The notes under the pieces: generated by a model
Databases searched by the model: none
What the model was told of the DNA's origin: nothing
Seen by the model: the letters and a program-made list of their open reading frames with translations, nothing else
Part shown: piece by piece, positions 40,211 to 52,209 of the stretch
Position numbering within the stretch: the stretch's first letter is position 1
How the letters are laid out: each line of letters opens with the position of its first letter
Assembly: GCF_035594765.1 (NCBI RefSeq)
Contig: NC_085842.1
Span: forward strand, 272,661,749 to 272,725,748
Source of the DNA: Anolis carolinensis
Taxonomy: Eukaryota
DNA length: 64,000 bases
Reading direction: 5' to 3'
Translations under genes and position numbers: made by a program

Positions 40211-42018
40211 ATTGCCTGCCTCATTTCTTGAATGCAAAAAACAACATTTCTAAATGCACAGCAGAAGTTTTAAGTTACTACAAGGCTAAAAATTTGGGGA
40301 TTGAATGAAAATTCCATGTGGGGGAAATTTTCTTATTTGGGGACATCATCCAAATAGAAACCTTTTAAGGCACTTTGATTTGGAGGGTGCCCCTGCTGAA
40401 AAATGTGATGGTGATAATCCTAGTTGATTGTCTTGTATTGATCCTTTCTGATAGCCACCCTTTAAGGTTGACATTATATAAAATGTATTTTTTCACAATT
40501 GATAAATAAACAATAGTATAATATTCTGGAGAATTCTGAATGCTAAGTTTTCTATCTCCTGCAAACTATAATACTAAATCTATGTAATTTTATGTTTTAC
40601 TGGAAGTTATGCTTTATATTTTTATGAATAATCATTTTTATTTCCATTTTTATATTAGTCTTCAATAATATTGTTATATGAGTCTTCCATCCCAACTTCC
40701 CTAACTTCCATTCATCTCACTATTAATAATACGTTCATTTGTGAGTTTCACACAGAAAGTATTCATAACCATTGCACCAGTCCAAAAATGGTTTAATATT
40801 TTTATTCTCTCTTATACCTTATGGGCACAACATTTATTTCACCCTATCCTTCCACTTCTTCCCCATCAGTCTGCTCTCTACCACATAGCAACTGCAGCAA
40901 CTTGTAAACTCGATAGTCCATCAATCCTCCGCCACTGATCCAGTCATCCCATAAACACTCCTTCAATCAAATCTCTGTCAGCAATTCATCCTATATTTTC
41001 TCACTAGCTTGCCAATCAGTTTTCTAGTCCCTGAACCATTCTTTGACTCAATCCATCTCCTGTAGCCCAGAACCCTGGATAAATTTTCTCTCTCCCTCGC
41101 CGACTCTCCTTTTCTCCATTGATCCCTAATCAATTTTTCAGTCCACTGTTTGCCTAGCCTCCAGCACATTCTCTGGCTACCTCAACAAGTCCCAGATGTC
41201 AGAATACTAGAAAGGGAAATATCAGTGTTCATAAATATAATACATATTGTTATATCATATCTAGTAATGGAGCCAGATACGGTTTGGCTAAACTTCTGTA
41301 ACTGTTAAATCAAATTGACCATGTATCAGAGCAAGAGAAAACAACTGCAATACAGCACAGTATTTTTTTTATTCATTTGGAACTTCTCAAAGGAATGGAT
41401 TGCATGCCCTAATACTAAATAAATAAAAAGAAGCATTCAATAAATTCTCACTTACTTTGACATTTAGCTATTACATAATCTAGCTATAGGTACATAGAGT
41501 CAGGGGCTTAAAAGTCAATGGTCATGGGAGACATCTAATAATGTGTAGGCCAATAAAACAAGGATGATGTGATGCCACAGACAGTAACATGAAATGACTT
41601 GTCTTTATCAGTTGTTGGTTTTTTAAATCTAAATTGTAATGTCTCATTTTGCAATTCTTTATCATAGTCCATCTCAGACTGAAAGAGGACAAAAAAGACA
41701 GTCCAAGATAATACTGTGAGGTATTCCTCTAAAAAATGTTGCTACAAAATCAGTGACATGATCTGAGTCAAGTGCATCATCAAATGTATTGCGCACCTCA
41801 ATTTTCCAAACCCCAAAACCAGAAAAGGTATTTGCTGGCAAATGGAATGCACAGTGGCAAGAGCACAGTTGATGTGTTCATAGAATTTCTTCTTAAAAAC
41901 AAAAAGTGTTAAAACACCAAAGCTTCCAGCAATCGAAAGAAAAACCAGAGAAACAGATAACCCGTCCCTCAAGGAGCCTCTCCTGTTTATCCCACCTCAG
42001 CTTCCTCGGGTAAACAAC

Positions 42019-42150
42019 TTGACACCATTCTATCTGCCATGGCTCAATGCTATGGAATCCTGGGGGCTGTAGTTTTACAAAGTCTTGAGCCATCTCAATC
42101 AAACGGGCTGCTGCTGCCGCATCAAACTACAAATCCCATGATTCCATAGC
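42019..42150. mobile_element. Partial Harbinger-type MITE
   Basis: gccatggctcaatgctatggaatcctggg..tgtagttt versus aaactacaaatcccatgattccatagc. Confidence 0.7.
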
Positions 42151-42198
42151 TCTTCCAAAAAAAAGGTTAGGCTTATATAGACTCTTACAGGTGCATCT

Positions 42199-42641
42199 TG
42201 TCATGGTTTGCAAAGGCACTGTGCTGTGTGTGTTAACTGGAAAATGAAGTGCATGAAGTCGATTGGCTAAGCCTGCAAAGATCTGGGGATTGATTTGATA
42301 CTGTTTCTGTTCTGCTGCTTGTTTGGACAAGTTTTCAGTGTTGACTGAGTACTGCTAGTAAAGAGAGCAGTGTACTCAGAGAGGCTTTGCTATTTTGAGG
42401 CCTGTTTGCTGCTGAGAAAAGATGGAGGAGAACCAGGACTGTATTATTCTCTGAAGCAGATTTGTGGACTGAGAAAGGACTATTTATGACTATAGACATC
42501 TGTAAGTGATCATAGGGACCATTGTAAATACTACTGTTTTTTTTATTTCTTGGCATCAGTAAAGTTCCTGTATTTTTGTTCTGTAAACCTGAGTGGCATG
42601 CTATTGTTCTGTGGGTGACTCTGGATCGCGGTCACGTGAAA
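42199..42641 (+). mobile_element. Possible old solo LTR
   Basis: TGTCA start, an AGTAAA signal at ~42558 and a degenerate cgtgaaa end. The TSD is not convincing. Confidence 0.4.
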
Positions 42642-43004
42642 GAGCTTCCATTTATCATTATCAATCTGCTACACATCTTAGTGCTTCCTTAGTGCTACAA
42701 ATGTTCAGGTGGTAAATGACATCTGCTTGTAATTTTTCCTTTTCTGGCCAAAACACAGAGAAAAAAAACATCAAATGGGATCTCATTCTCTTTCACAGAC
42801 AGACAAAATGTCCATCCATTCATATGCATCCTGTCAATCCATCATCCATCCATTTTTCTTTCACCAATTCATTCAGCCCTTTCTCTCCCCCTCTCTCCCT
42901 CTTCCCTGACTCATAATATACACATAAATGTACCCCCATCCATTCAAAATTAACACAAGTACACATCATATTACTCTGATACTGCCATCTTTCACCTCCT
43001 CCTT

Positions 43005-43302
43005 CAATTTATTGATATCCCCAGGATAGCCAACAATTTAAAAATTGATGCAATTAAAACATATTAAAAGTAACGCTTAAAATAAAAATAAACTAGTTTG
43101 ATTAATTTTTAAAAATCAATCAAAATACAATTATAAAATAAAACTATTGAAACAACTATAGTAAAACACCTCCTGTTTCTGTTTTAAAAGCCTATTCGAA
43201 TAAAAAAAAACTTAGCCTACTGGTAGGGAAACAAGGATGGCACCAAGGTAGTTTCAGAGTCCAGAGGCAGCCACTGAGAAGACCCTATCTCGCATCCCCT
43301 AC
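43005..43302 (-). mobile_element. Degenerate L2 3' end
   Basis: aaaagcctattcgaataaaa...gcagccactgagaagacccta...cgcatccc, an antisense L2 ORF2 end. Confidence 0.55.
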
Positions 43303-46117
43303 AATCCTTTCTCCCTTTCACGCCCACATCACATTAATGCAAATACATATGCACAAGATTACATCACAGACACCTATTAATCAATTTCCCTCCTTCCCTC
43401 CCTCCCTCTCTTTTGCATACAAAGGTTCATAACAACACAATTGTGCATTCCTTTCATCTATCAGGTCTTCTATTGTGTCATTCTCTCTACCAACTCCTCT
43501 GACTGACATGCTAGCACATACTCTTTGTTTTTTCTTCCAATACTTCACTTTTTCTATTCTCCAAAATTCAGAACAGGAGAACTGTGAAAGAAAGAGGCCT
43601 TTGACCTCCCTCTGTGTAGCCTTCAGCAACCTTCTTGTACTTTTGTTGTGCTGCCCCTGTTCCAAATTGAAACAGCGAAAATGTGAAAACAAAAACAAAC
43701 AAAAACCACCATGCCCCCTTAAGCTGTTTTTCCCTCTTAAGGTCAGTATTGACTTATTACATGTATATGCCCCTAAAAATAACCAAAGAGTCAATCAATT
43801 TAAAAACAAACAAACAAAACCAGGAACTATCCAAATATTATATATTGTTGAAACACTTATGTGAAAACAATTATATATGTTTTGCTATATTATATTATTG
43901 ATTATATTTGTTCATTCATAAGCACACACTAAAAAAATCATACTTTTAAGATGCCAGTCATGTTGAGTGTTTTTAACTCCAGCAATCAAGAGAAGATCAG
44001 TTTCTACACCTAGCTAGACATTTACATGTCAAATTTCAAAAGCCAGTATTTTTCTTAAGTTATAGTGAAACAAAAGCAGCTGTCTTTATTAATTTCCAAA
44101 AGCAGGAAGCACACGTTAAGACTTACACCTTGACCTAAAGCTATCATATAATTACATAAACCCATACATCCAGGCAAGCACTGACATTGTGTGTGAGTGT
44201 ACGTGGATAAATAAGCTTCAATAGCATCCATAAGAGCCCTTGATTCCCCATCCCGATTTATAGATGCTTCTTCTTTTTCTTCTACCCTACATTCCAATAA
44301 TTCAAACATTGGTTAAGTATTGAACTGTAAAAGTTGGAGAGGCGAGAGGAATCCTTTCCCCAATCCATCCCAAAGTAGGGCAGAAGGATGAGAATGTCTG
44401 GGTGTGAAGGAGGTATGTAGAGGAAGTATGTAGCTAGAGGGCTTCATATCACCTCACAGTAGCATTACCCATTGCTTCCAACATGGTCCATTGCTCAAAT
44501 GTTTCCTAAGCCTCTTACAAATTTCACCTCCAAAATGTTGCCTCTCACCCTAAATGGCAATGGTACCTTTTGAATGCTTTCTGAACTACTCAGTGGCCTT
44601 CCTTATTCAGACCCATGATGGTTGACTTGCTGAAGATAACACCTGCATATGCCCATGTATGCTGTCTTTGTGAACTCTCTCTGGATGGAATGTCAGCATT
44701 CTTGACTACATAGAAAGCCTCTATAAAGGAGACTCATTTTTTAAAATATATATATATCCTCTGGTTTAGGAGGCCAACAGAAATTATGTCTGATGACAGC
44801 AGGGGCTACACACTTTCTCTTCTTAGGTATTTAATCAACAGACAATCTGAGTAGGGTTTGTTTCACACTACTCTTGTGTCCATACATTTTCCTGTATGTG
44901 GTTATTTCTTGAATACCAGTTTTCCTGGAAATTCATTGATCCTTATCATTTAAACCTCTTCCACTGTATAGTATTTCCAAATTCAGACATGGTAGAGTTA
45001 ATGTTCCAGATTATCCAAATGTTTCCCATTCACTTTCCCTTAAAAGAAATAACAAACAGCCCATAAATGTTGACAATGGAGTCATATTCCCTGCACAACT
45101 TCTCTGCAGTTTTCAGGCATCTTCTAGCCATCAGCTTGCTTGTGTTCTGTTAAGTAAAAGCTTTCATGCTACCCAGAATGCTGACATTTCGTCTACCTTC
45201 AAACCAATTGCTCTGCATGCTGATTGTGCATAAAAGTTAATAATATAGGTTTACGTAGGTTTGATGACTTTTGTATGTTGGCATATCCATGGAGACATCA
45301 GCTGTACATTCAGTTGCTAAGATCACTTCATTAAAAGTAATGGGTTCCACACCATATATTAAAACTCAGGGGGATCCTTTCAGAATAGGGCTTTGAGAGT
45401 TTAAACCAACATTTAATGTTTAATTCTTGAAATTCATTTCTCCATTGGGAATACTTGACTTCATTGCTATGATGATTAAAGCTTAATTTACATTTTTAAA
45501 AGCATTACATTTCTAGGAGACCTATTTTTAAAACATTTTAAAGTGTGACCTCATTCAGGTTGATTGTCTTGCTCTGTTAGCCTTTACTTTACTAGTGGTG
45601 GATTTTTTATACCAGGTTGCAAATGATTCTGTAGACAAAGAAATCATTAAAGTGCTTTTTTGCTGTGATAAAATTGATAGAGCAAGTACAGAGTTACCAG
45701 GTTTCGCCAATTAAGCTCTGGAATCGTTCCTTCATTCTTTATAAAACCCAGTGAAGCCAGAAGGAATTACCCTTGAAAAAGAATAAACATTTCACATGGT
45801 TACGTATTCATAAAAATGAGGAAAAGAGAAAGCATGGGCTATTTGATATCAAAAATGGAGGACTGGATAATGTAGAACCCAATGGGAAACGAAATCAGAG
45901 GGAAAATACAGTTTTCATTCTTTGCTGACAAGGTGATTGAATATTCACCTGTTTTCTTTTCTAATTGGCCCTCTTTCAGTCACATATCTAGTGGCACCAA
46001 TACCTCCAAGAAATTTTTATGTCACATTTGTCTCATGGTCATGTTTACTTTTCATACTAAAGGTTTCTAAAAGAGGGATTATTAATACTCTTACTGATTC
46101 TTAAAATCATAAAAATG

Positions 46118-46162
46118 ATTCATATAATATATATTCATATAATATTCATATAATATATATTC

Positions 46163-46210
<48 letters not shown>
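46118..46210. repeat. (TA)n microsatellite preceded by attcatataatat repeats
   Basis: Directly visible; forms the left flank of the hAT element. Confidence 0.95.
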
Positions 46211-46214
<4 letters not shown>

Positions 46215-46560
46215 TTGCTCAAATAATTCGATTTCCCCGTTACTCGTTACTAATTCGTTACTTTTGTAACTTGTGAAGCAATATACGACCTTGATTGTCC
46301 ACACGTCTGGATATCGTGGTTTCGAACCGCGACAGGCCCTTTTTCTTATGTCGTCATTTTTTTTCGTTGGGAAAAAAAGGTTTTTGCAAATCACCCAAAC
46401 TTGTTTAAGTGCACTGGGGCAACCTAGCGTGTTGTTTCCACCTTGTGGCCAATCAGAGAGCACGTTTAACCCAGGGGAGGGGCTAGTAGTACGTCCTGAA
46501 TGAAAAGAGCGTGCACGGGCGCCTCGTGGCTCATTTCGGGATCTGCAGAGAGAGGGTGGG

Positions 46561-47147
46561 TTGGGAGTGAGATTCCGCAGGCAGGCAAGATTGCTGCATC
46601 ACAGCTTCCTTGGCTGAGCTAGAGTTACAGATTAGAAGACCGGGAGAAAAGGTTGGGTGGGTGAGGTGGGGTGGGAAAGTGTTGGATGTTTCTGAATTTT
46701 TTTTTCCAAAGGGCCTGTGGCCTTTTTTCCCCACAAGCTTGGCGTTTGCCATTTTCCCACCAGGCCTGTAATTTTTCTGCTGCGCCATTTTGCCTGATGC
46801 GGGCGGGGTGGGCTTTCGTTTTGATTAGGAAACTTTTCTTTTTTCAACGCTAGTTGGGAGTGAGATTCCAGGCAGGCAGGCAGGCAAGATTGCTCCGTCA
46901 CAGCTTCCTCGGCTGAGCTACAGATTATAAGACCGGGAGAAAAGGGTGGGTGGGTGAGGTGGGGTGGGAAACTGTTGGGTGTTTCTGAATATATATTTTT
47001 CCAAAGGGCCTGTGGCCTTTTTTCCCCACAAGCTTGGCGTTTGCCATTTTCCCACCAGGCCTGCAATTTTTCTGCTGCGCCATTTTACCTGGTGCGGGCG
47101 GGGTGGGCTTTCGTTTTGATTAGGAAACTTTTCTTTTTTCAACGCTA
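46561..47147 (+). repeat. Tandem repeat, ~293-bp unit x2
   Basis: ttgggagtgagattcc at 46561 and 46854; both copies end ttttcaacgctag. Confidence 0.95.
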
Positions 47148-47149
47148 GT

Positions 47150-48106
47150 AGCAAAGTCTGGCAAAAGGATTGCACATCCCATCCTCCTCCGTAGAATAAC
47201 ACCTGTTTTTGGAAAAAAGGGACCCTGATTTTGGTTCCTTTCCTGCTCTGCTGCTCTAAAGGGCTTGTCTGTGCCAGGGCAGCAGTGATTCAAAAGCAAA
47301 GTCTGGCAAAAGGGTTGCACATCCCATCCTCCTCCCTAGAATAACACCTGTTTTGGGAAAAAAGGGACCCTGATTTTGGTTCCTTTCCTGCTCTGCTGCT
47401 CTAAAGGGCTTGTCTGTGCCAGGGCAGCAGTGATTCAAAAGCAAAGTCTGGCAAAAGGATTGCACATCCCATCCTCCTCCCTAGAATAACACCTGTTTTG
47501 GGGGAAAAGGGACCCTGATTTTGGTTCCTTTCCTGCTCTGCTGCTCTAAAGGGCTTGTCTGTGCCAGGGCAGCAGTGATTCAAAAGCAAAGTCTGGCAAA
47601 AGGGTTGCACATCCCATCCTCCTCCCTAGAATAACACCTGTTTTGGGAAAAAAGGGACCCTGATTTTGGTTCCTTTCCTGCTCTGCTGCTCTAAAGGGCT
47701 TGTCTGTGCCAGGGCAGCAGTGATTGAAATCAAAGTCTGGCAAAAGGGTTGTACATCCCATCCACCTCCCTAGAATAACACCTGTTTTGGGAAAAAAGGG
47801 ACCCTGATTTTGGTTCCTTTCCTGCTCTGCTGCTCTAAAGGGCTTGTCTGTGCCAGGGCAGCAGTGATTCAAAAGCAAAGTCTGCCAAAAGGGTTGCACA
47901 TCCCATCCTCCTCCCTAGAATAACACCTGTTTTGGGAAAAAAGGGACCCTGATTTTGGTTCCTTTCCTGCTCTGCTGCTCTAAAGGGCTTGTCTGTTCCA
48001 GGGCAGCAGTGATTCAAAAGCAAAGTCTGGCAAAAGGATTGCACATCCCATCCTCCTCCCTAGAATAACACCTGTTTTGGGAAAAAAGGGACCCTGATTT
48101 TGGTTC
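47150..48106 (+). repeat. Tandem repeat, 145-bp unit x~6.6
   Basis: agcaaagtctggcaaaagg..gcacatccc recurs every 144-145 bp with near-identical units. Confidence 0.97.
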
Positions 48107-48128
48107 CCCCTCTTTCCTTTCTTCTCAG
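48094..48128 (+). promoter_or_regulatory. Predicted 3' splice acceptor upstream of the transposase ATG
   Basis: Branch-point-like CTGAT, a polypyrimidine tract of ~23 nt and CAG ending at 48128. Confidence 0.45.
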
Positions 48129-48355
48129 CTGCTCAAGTAAGGCTTGCTGCAAATATCTTTCTCCTATATTAACCCTATCAAGGTCTGGAAAATACAGGTA
48201 TCCCCTTTTTAACGTATAACAACAAGAACAACTGTAATAGAAGGGTTTGCGGCAGTTCGACCCAGAACACATTGCCAATCAAGAAACAACACATCTTTCC
48301 CCCCAGTAACACAATACCTTCCTCCCTTCTGTAACCTCAAAACACTCCCGTTATC

Positions 48356-50830
48356 ATGAAGCGTTCAGCTGAACGCAGGTCTGGTGGAGCAAGTCCTGCT
48401 AGTGGTCAAGCAACAGCCCGGACACTGTGGGGGGCCAAAAAAGTTAGAGTGGGTCCCATCAGTCTGGAACGCAGAACGATGGGAGTGGGTGGACTTGATG
48501 AAGAAGCTGGCTGTTCGACTGCTGAAAGTTCACAGCCCTCCACCCGGAGCCAGTTGTCGGTTGGAGCTGAGACAAGTGGACGATCAATGGAACATGCAGG
48601 TGTTGCCATCTTGGAACTACAGGTGGTGGATAGTGAGGATCTTGATAACCCCACCCCTCCACCCGCTACTGACAGTGAGGAGAAGGTAGAGGAGGTAGTA
48701 CCATCAAATCATAGACTTTCTCATGCTGCTGAAAGGGTGCCCACGACTCCTATCTCCGTGGGCGTCGGCACAGTGGCTGTGGGGAGGCCAAGGTCATATA
48801 TTTGGGACCATTTCCATGTCCACACTCAGCGTGCCACTTTGGCAGTTTGTAGACACTGTGGGGCAAATATCAGCAGAGGCAGAGACCTGAGACATCTTGC
48901 GACCTCGGGGTTGAGCTCTCACATGAAGCGACACCATCCCTCGATATCGGTAGGAGGGGGAGCTGCAAGCCCTTGCAGTGGCAGCATTAGCACACAAAGT
49001 TCTCCTGGTGTAGATGGTGGAAGGCAGACACAGTCCACCTTGGAGGATTGGGGCATGCCTTTAGCCAGGAAGAGAACGGGGGAAACATTACCGACACCCC
49101 AGCAGATAACCCAAAGTGTGGGAGAGATGATGGCCCTTGATCACCATCCCTTCCGCCTGGTTGAACAAGAAGGCTTCGTCCGCCTTATGAAAGGCCTGTG
49201 CCCCCGCTACAAAATCCCCTCCCGTCACACCTTTTCCAGAAAAGTTATTCCCGGATTGTACGAGGGCTGCAAGGAACGCATTATCCAGATGTTGCGGAGT
49301 GCCATGGGAGGACACATCCATTTTACCTCTGATATTTGGTCAAGCTTGGGAGGAGGCCATTCCTACCTCTCTCTCACGGCACATTGGTGGGAGAAGGAAG
49401 GCAGTATGGATACATCCCATCATTGGGCACTCCTCGCTTTGGAGGTAGTTGATCATGATCACAAGGCAGAGACCATCTGCAGCTATCTGGGAAACATGAT
49501 GGGGGAGTGGATGCGGTGCAGGCCGGAAGAAATGAGGAGGGGCTTCATGGTGACTGACGCTGGTAAAAATATGATCAAAGCGGTTGAAAGTGCAGGGTTT
49601 TTGAATGTCACCTGCATGGCCCACTTGCTTCACAATACCGTCAAGGAAGGTTTAAAGAGCCCGGAAGAGCAGCCGGCCAGCACCGCAAACATCGCCCTGC
49701 TGATCGAGCGCTGTAGAAAGATCGCGGGCTACTTCCACAGGAGCATCAAGGCAGCCCGGCAGCTGAGAGACAGGCAGAGCCTTGAAGGCCTCCCGCAGCA
49801 TAAGCTGCTCCAGGACGTCTCTACCCGGTGGAATTCAACCTATAAGATGCTCGAACGCATGGTCGAGCAGCAGAAGGCGGTACACGGCATCTCCCTTACA
49901 TTGGTTGCGCCTGTTAGCAAGCTTGTTCCAACTAAGCAAGAGTGGGACACCATCTCCCAGCTGGTAGACGTCCTAAAGCCATTCAAACATGCCACAGAGA
50001 CCCTTTCGGAATCAAAAGCCCTTCTTAGCCAGGCAGTGCCCATAGTCTTGGGGCTAAGGAGGCACCTAGAAAGGCTTGGGGCCGGTCGAACACTGGACTC
50101 CCTGGCTGGACCGCTGACACCGCCGGTCCAGGAGGTGGTGAGGAGGTTGTCCTTTGCTGTACGGAAACGCCTTGAGCCACTTCTTTCCAGCAAGGTCCAT
50201 ATGCTGGCGGCCTTGTGTGATCCACAGCTAAAGTACGTCTGCCCAAAAGACTTTACTGTATGGAAGGCCCAACTAGTTAACCTTGTGAGGGAGGTCTTTG
50301 CTGCCAGGGTGGGGGAAACGGGCACAGTGGCCCCTCTACCGGAAATGCCTGCCACCCCCAGCACTAGCGCTAGTGGCAAGAGTGATAGTCCCGGGGAGCC
50401 GGCAGGGGGTTGCCGTAGGGTTACGGATCTCCAGCCGCGACCAGGAAACGCTTTCTTTGCAGAGACGGTGGCCATACTAGCCTGCTCGGAAGATTCCTCT
50501 TTGCTGGCTTCTGCGCAAAAGGTAGACTCGGCCGAGTGCTCGGTCAACAGGTACTTTGAGGAGCCTCCTGAGATAATTTCTTGTGATCCATTGGCCTATT
50601 GCGCTTCACGTGATCACATGTGGCCGGATCTGTCGCACGTAGCCCGCCAGTTTCTCAGCTGTCCGCCCACCAGCGTGCAGAGCGAAAGGGTCTTCAGCCT
50701 AGCGGGAGATGTAGTCACGCCCCACCGCAGCTTGCTGGACCCTCAAACAGTTGAGAAACTGGTCTTCCTGAAGGCCAACCTTCCCGTGTTGAATTACCCC
50801 GATTTGGATTTTGACACCGACGCCTCCTAG
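48356..50830 (+). CDS. hAT (Ac-family) transposase, 824 aa, ZBED4/ZBED6-like architecture
   Basis: BED finger (IWDHF..AVCRHC..ISRG..LSSHMKRHH), DDE triad (FTSDIW, MVTDAG, SERVFS), CxxH motif (CMAH), TRWNS and a C-terminal hAT dimerisation domain. Confidence 0.95.
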   Translation: MKRSAERRSGGASPASGQATARTLWGAKKVRVGPISLERRTMGVGGLDEEAGCSTAESSQPSTRSQLSVGAETSGRSMEHAGVAILELQVVDSEDLDNPTPPPATDSEEKVEEVVPSNHRLSHAAERVPTTPISVGVGTVAVGRPRSYIWDHFHVHTQRATLAVCRHCGANISRGRDLRHLATSGLSSHMKRHHPSISVGGGAASPCSGSISTQSSPGVDGGRQTQSTLEDWGMPLARKRTGETLPTPQQITQSVGEMMALDHHPFRLVEQEGFVRLMKGLCPRYKIPSRHTFSRKVIPGLYEGCKERIIQMLRSAMGGHIHFTSDIWSSLGGGHSYLSLTAHWWEKEGSMDTSHHWALLALEVVDHDHKAETICSYLGNMMGEWMRCRPEEMRRGFMVTDAGKNMIKAVESAGFLNVTCMAHLLHNTVKEGLKSPEEQPASTANIALLIERCRKIAGYFHRSIKAARQLRDRQSLEGLPQHKLLQDVSTRWNSTYKMLERMVEQQKAVHGISLTLVAPVSKLVPTKQEWDTISQLVDVLKPFKHATETLSESKALLSQAVPIVLGLRRHLERLGAGRTLDSLAGPLTPPVQEVVRRLSFAVRKRLEPLLSSKVHMLAALCDPQLKYVCPKDFTVWKAQLVNLVREVFAARVGETGTVAPLPEMPATPSTSASGKSDSPGEPAGGCRRVTDLQPRPGNAFFAETVAILACSEDSSLLASAQKVDSAECSVNRYFEEPPEIISCDPLAYCASRDHMWPDLSHVARQFLSCPPTSVQSERVFSLAGDVVTPHRSLLDPQTVEKLVFLKANLPVLNYPDLDFDTDAS

Positions 50831-51390
50831 AACAACAGCTGTCCTCCTTTAAGCAGCTCTGCTTCTGATTAACTTTGGCTATTTCTGTTGGGGGGGGTGC
50901 CCCTTTGGCCTATGTCCAACAACTCTCTCCTCTATCCTACTATGCTTTCCTTCCTCTCATCCCTTCTGTTCTCGTCTTTATCATCACACACCGTTGCCCA
51001 CTTTCGTTTTTGGGTAATTCAATCTCTAGGGGCCGTTCCCTGAGGTTCTTTAGGTTTTGTCTCCTGTAATACTGATTCTGGATGGGAAGAAGGATATTCT
51101 GGGGGAACTTAGTCCATAAAAGCCAAGGTAGGAAATGCAACCGCTTTGGGTTCAGAATGGATTAAATTCAATTCTCTACCCTTTTTTTATCAAAAAATAT
51201 TTCGGGAATGAGCCATGACTGTTAGGTCTTCTCCAGATTCTCGCAGCTTCTGTACAGAAAGAACATTGTTATAATCGATGTGGATCCTTCGGTAAGACAT
51301 ATTTGGTGAAGGAATACGGCAGAGTCTCACTTTACAGAGATAACGGTCCATCAGAACCTTTGTGGCTGTGTCTTGCCGCATTAAGTAGTA

Positions 51391-52209
51391 CACCTCGGCC
51401 TTGGCCACCACTTCTCAAAATTTTTCTCTTTCACTGTCCCATCGCCTTGAGTGGGTGTGGTCAACGCAGTGGCCGCGGGACGGCCGCCCTAGGGTCCCCT
51501 CGCCCTCTGGCCACGCACACGGACGGTGCTGTTTGCCCGTCAGGGCGTGTGCCTTTGCGGCTGCTAGTGACCTGTGGGCGCAGGTTCTGTGGCGTGGGAA
51601 CTTCAGTTTGCTGGCTTGTTGGTAGGACAATAGAAGAGGGTGGAATCACACCGCAGAAAGCAGGACACCTCGGCCTTGTCCACCACTTCTCAAATTTTTC
51701 TTCTTCCACTGTCCCATCGCCTTGAGAGGCTGTGGTCGACACTGTGGCCGCGGGACGGCCGCCTTATGGTCCCCTCGCCCTCTGGCCGCGCACGCGGACT
51801 GTGCCGTTTGCCCGTCAGGGCGTGTGCCTTTGCGGCTGCTAGTGACCTGTGGGCGCAGGTTCTGTGGCATGGGAACTTCAGTTTGCTGGCTTGTTGGCAG
51901 GACGATAGAAGAGGGTGGAATCACACCGCAGAAAGCGGGACACCTGGGCCTGGCCACCATTTCTCAAAATTTTTCTCTTTCACTGTCCCATCCCCTTGAG
52001 CGGGTGTGGTCGACGCTGTGGCCGCGGGACGGCCGCCTTAGGGTCCCCTCGCCCTCTGGCCGCGCATGCGGACGGTGCCGTTTGCCCGTCAGGGCGTGTG
52101 CCTTTGCGGCTGCTAGTGACCTGTGGGCGCAGGTTCTGTAGCGTGGGAACTGTTTTTTGCTGGATTGTTGGTAGGACGATAGAAGAGGATGGAATCACAC
52201 CGCAGAAAG
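51391..52209 (+). repeat. Tandem repeat, 275-bp unit x3, GC/CpG-rich
   Basis: cacct(c/g)ggcc at 51391, 51666 and 51941; units end ggaatcacaccgcagaaag. Confidence 0.97.

Noticed and set aside
47120-48044. Series of near-identical 66-117 aa minus-strand ORFs
   Set aside because: They are a by-product of the 145-bp array and have non-ATG starts.
49840-50547. 235-aa antisense ORF inside the transposase
   Set aside because: It is a shadow ORF of a GC-rich coding sequence.
48356-50830. Calling the ORF a host ZBED1/4/6 gene
   Set aside because: It has a single BED finger and lies between transposon termini and subterminal repeats, so no gene symbol was assigned.
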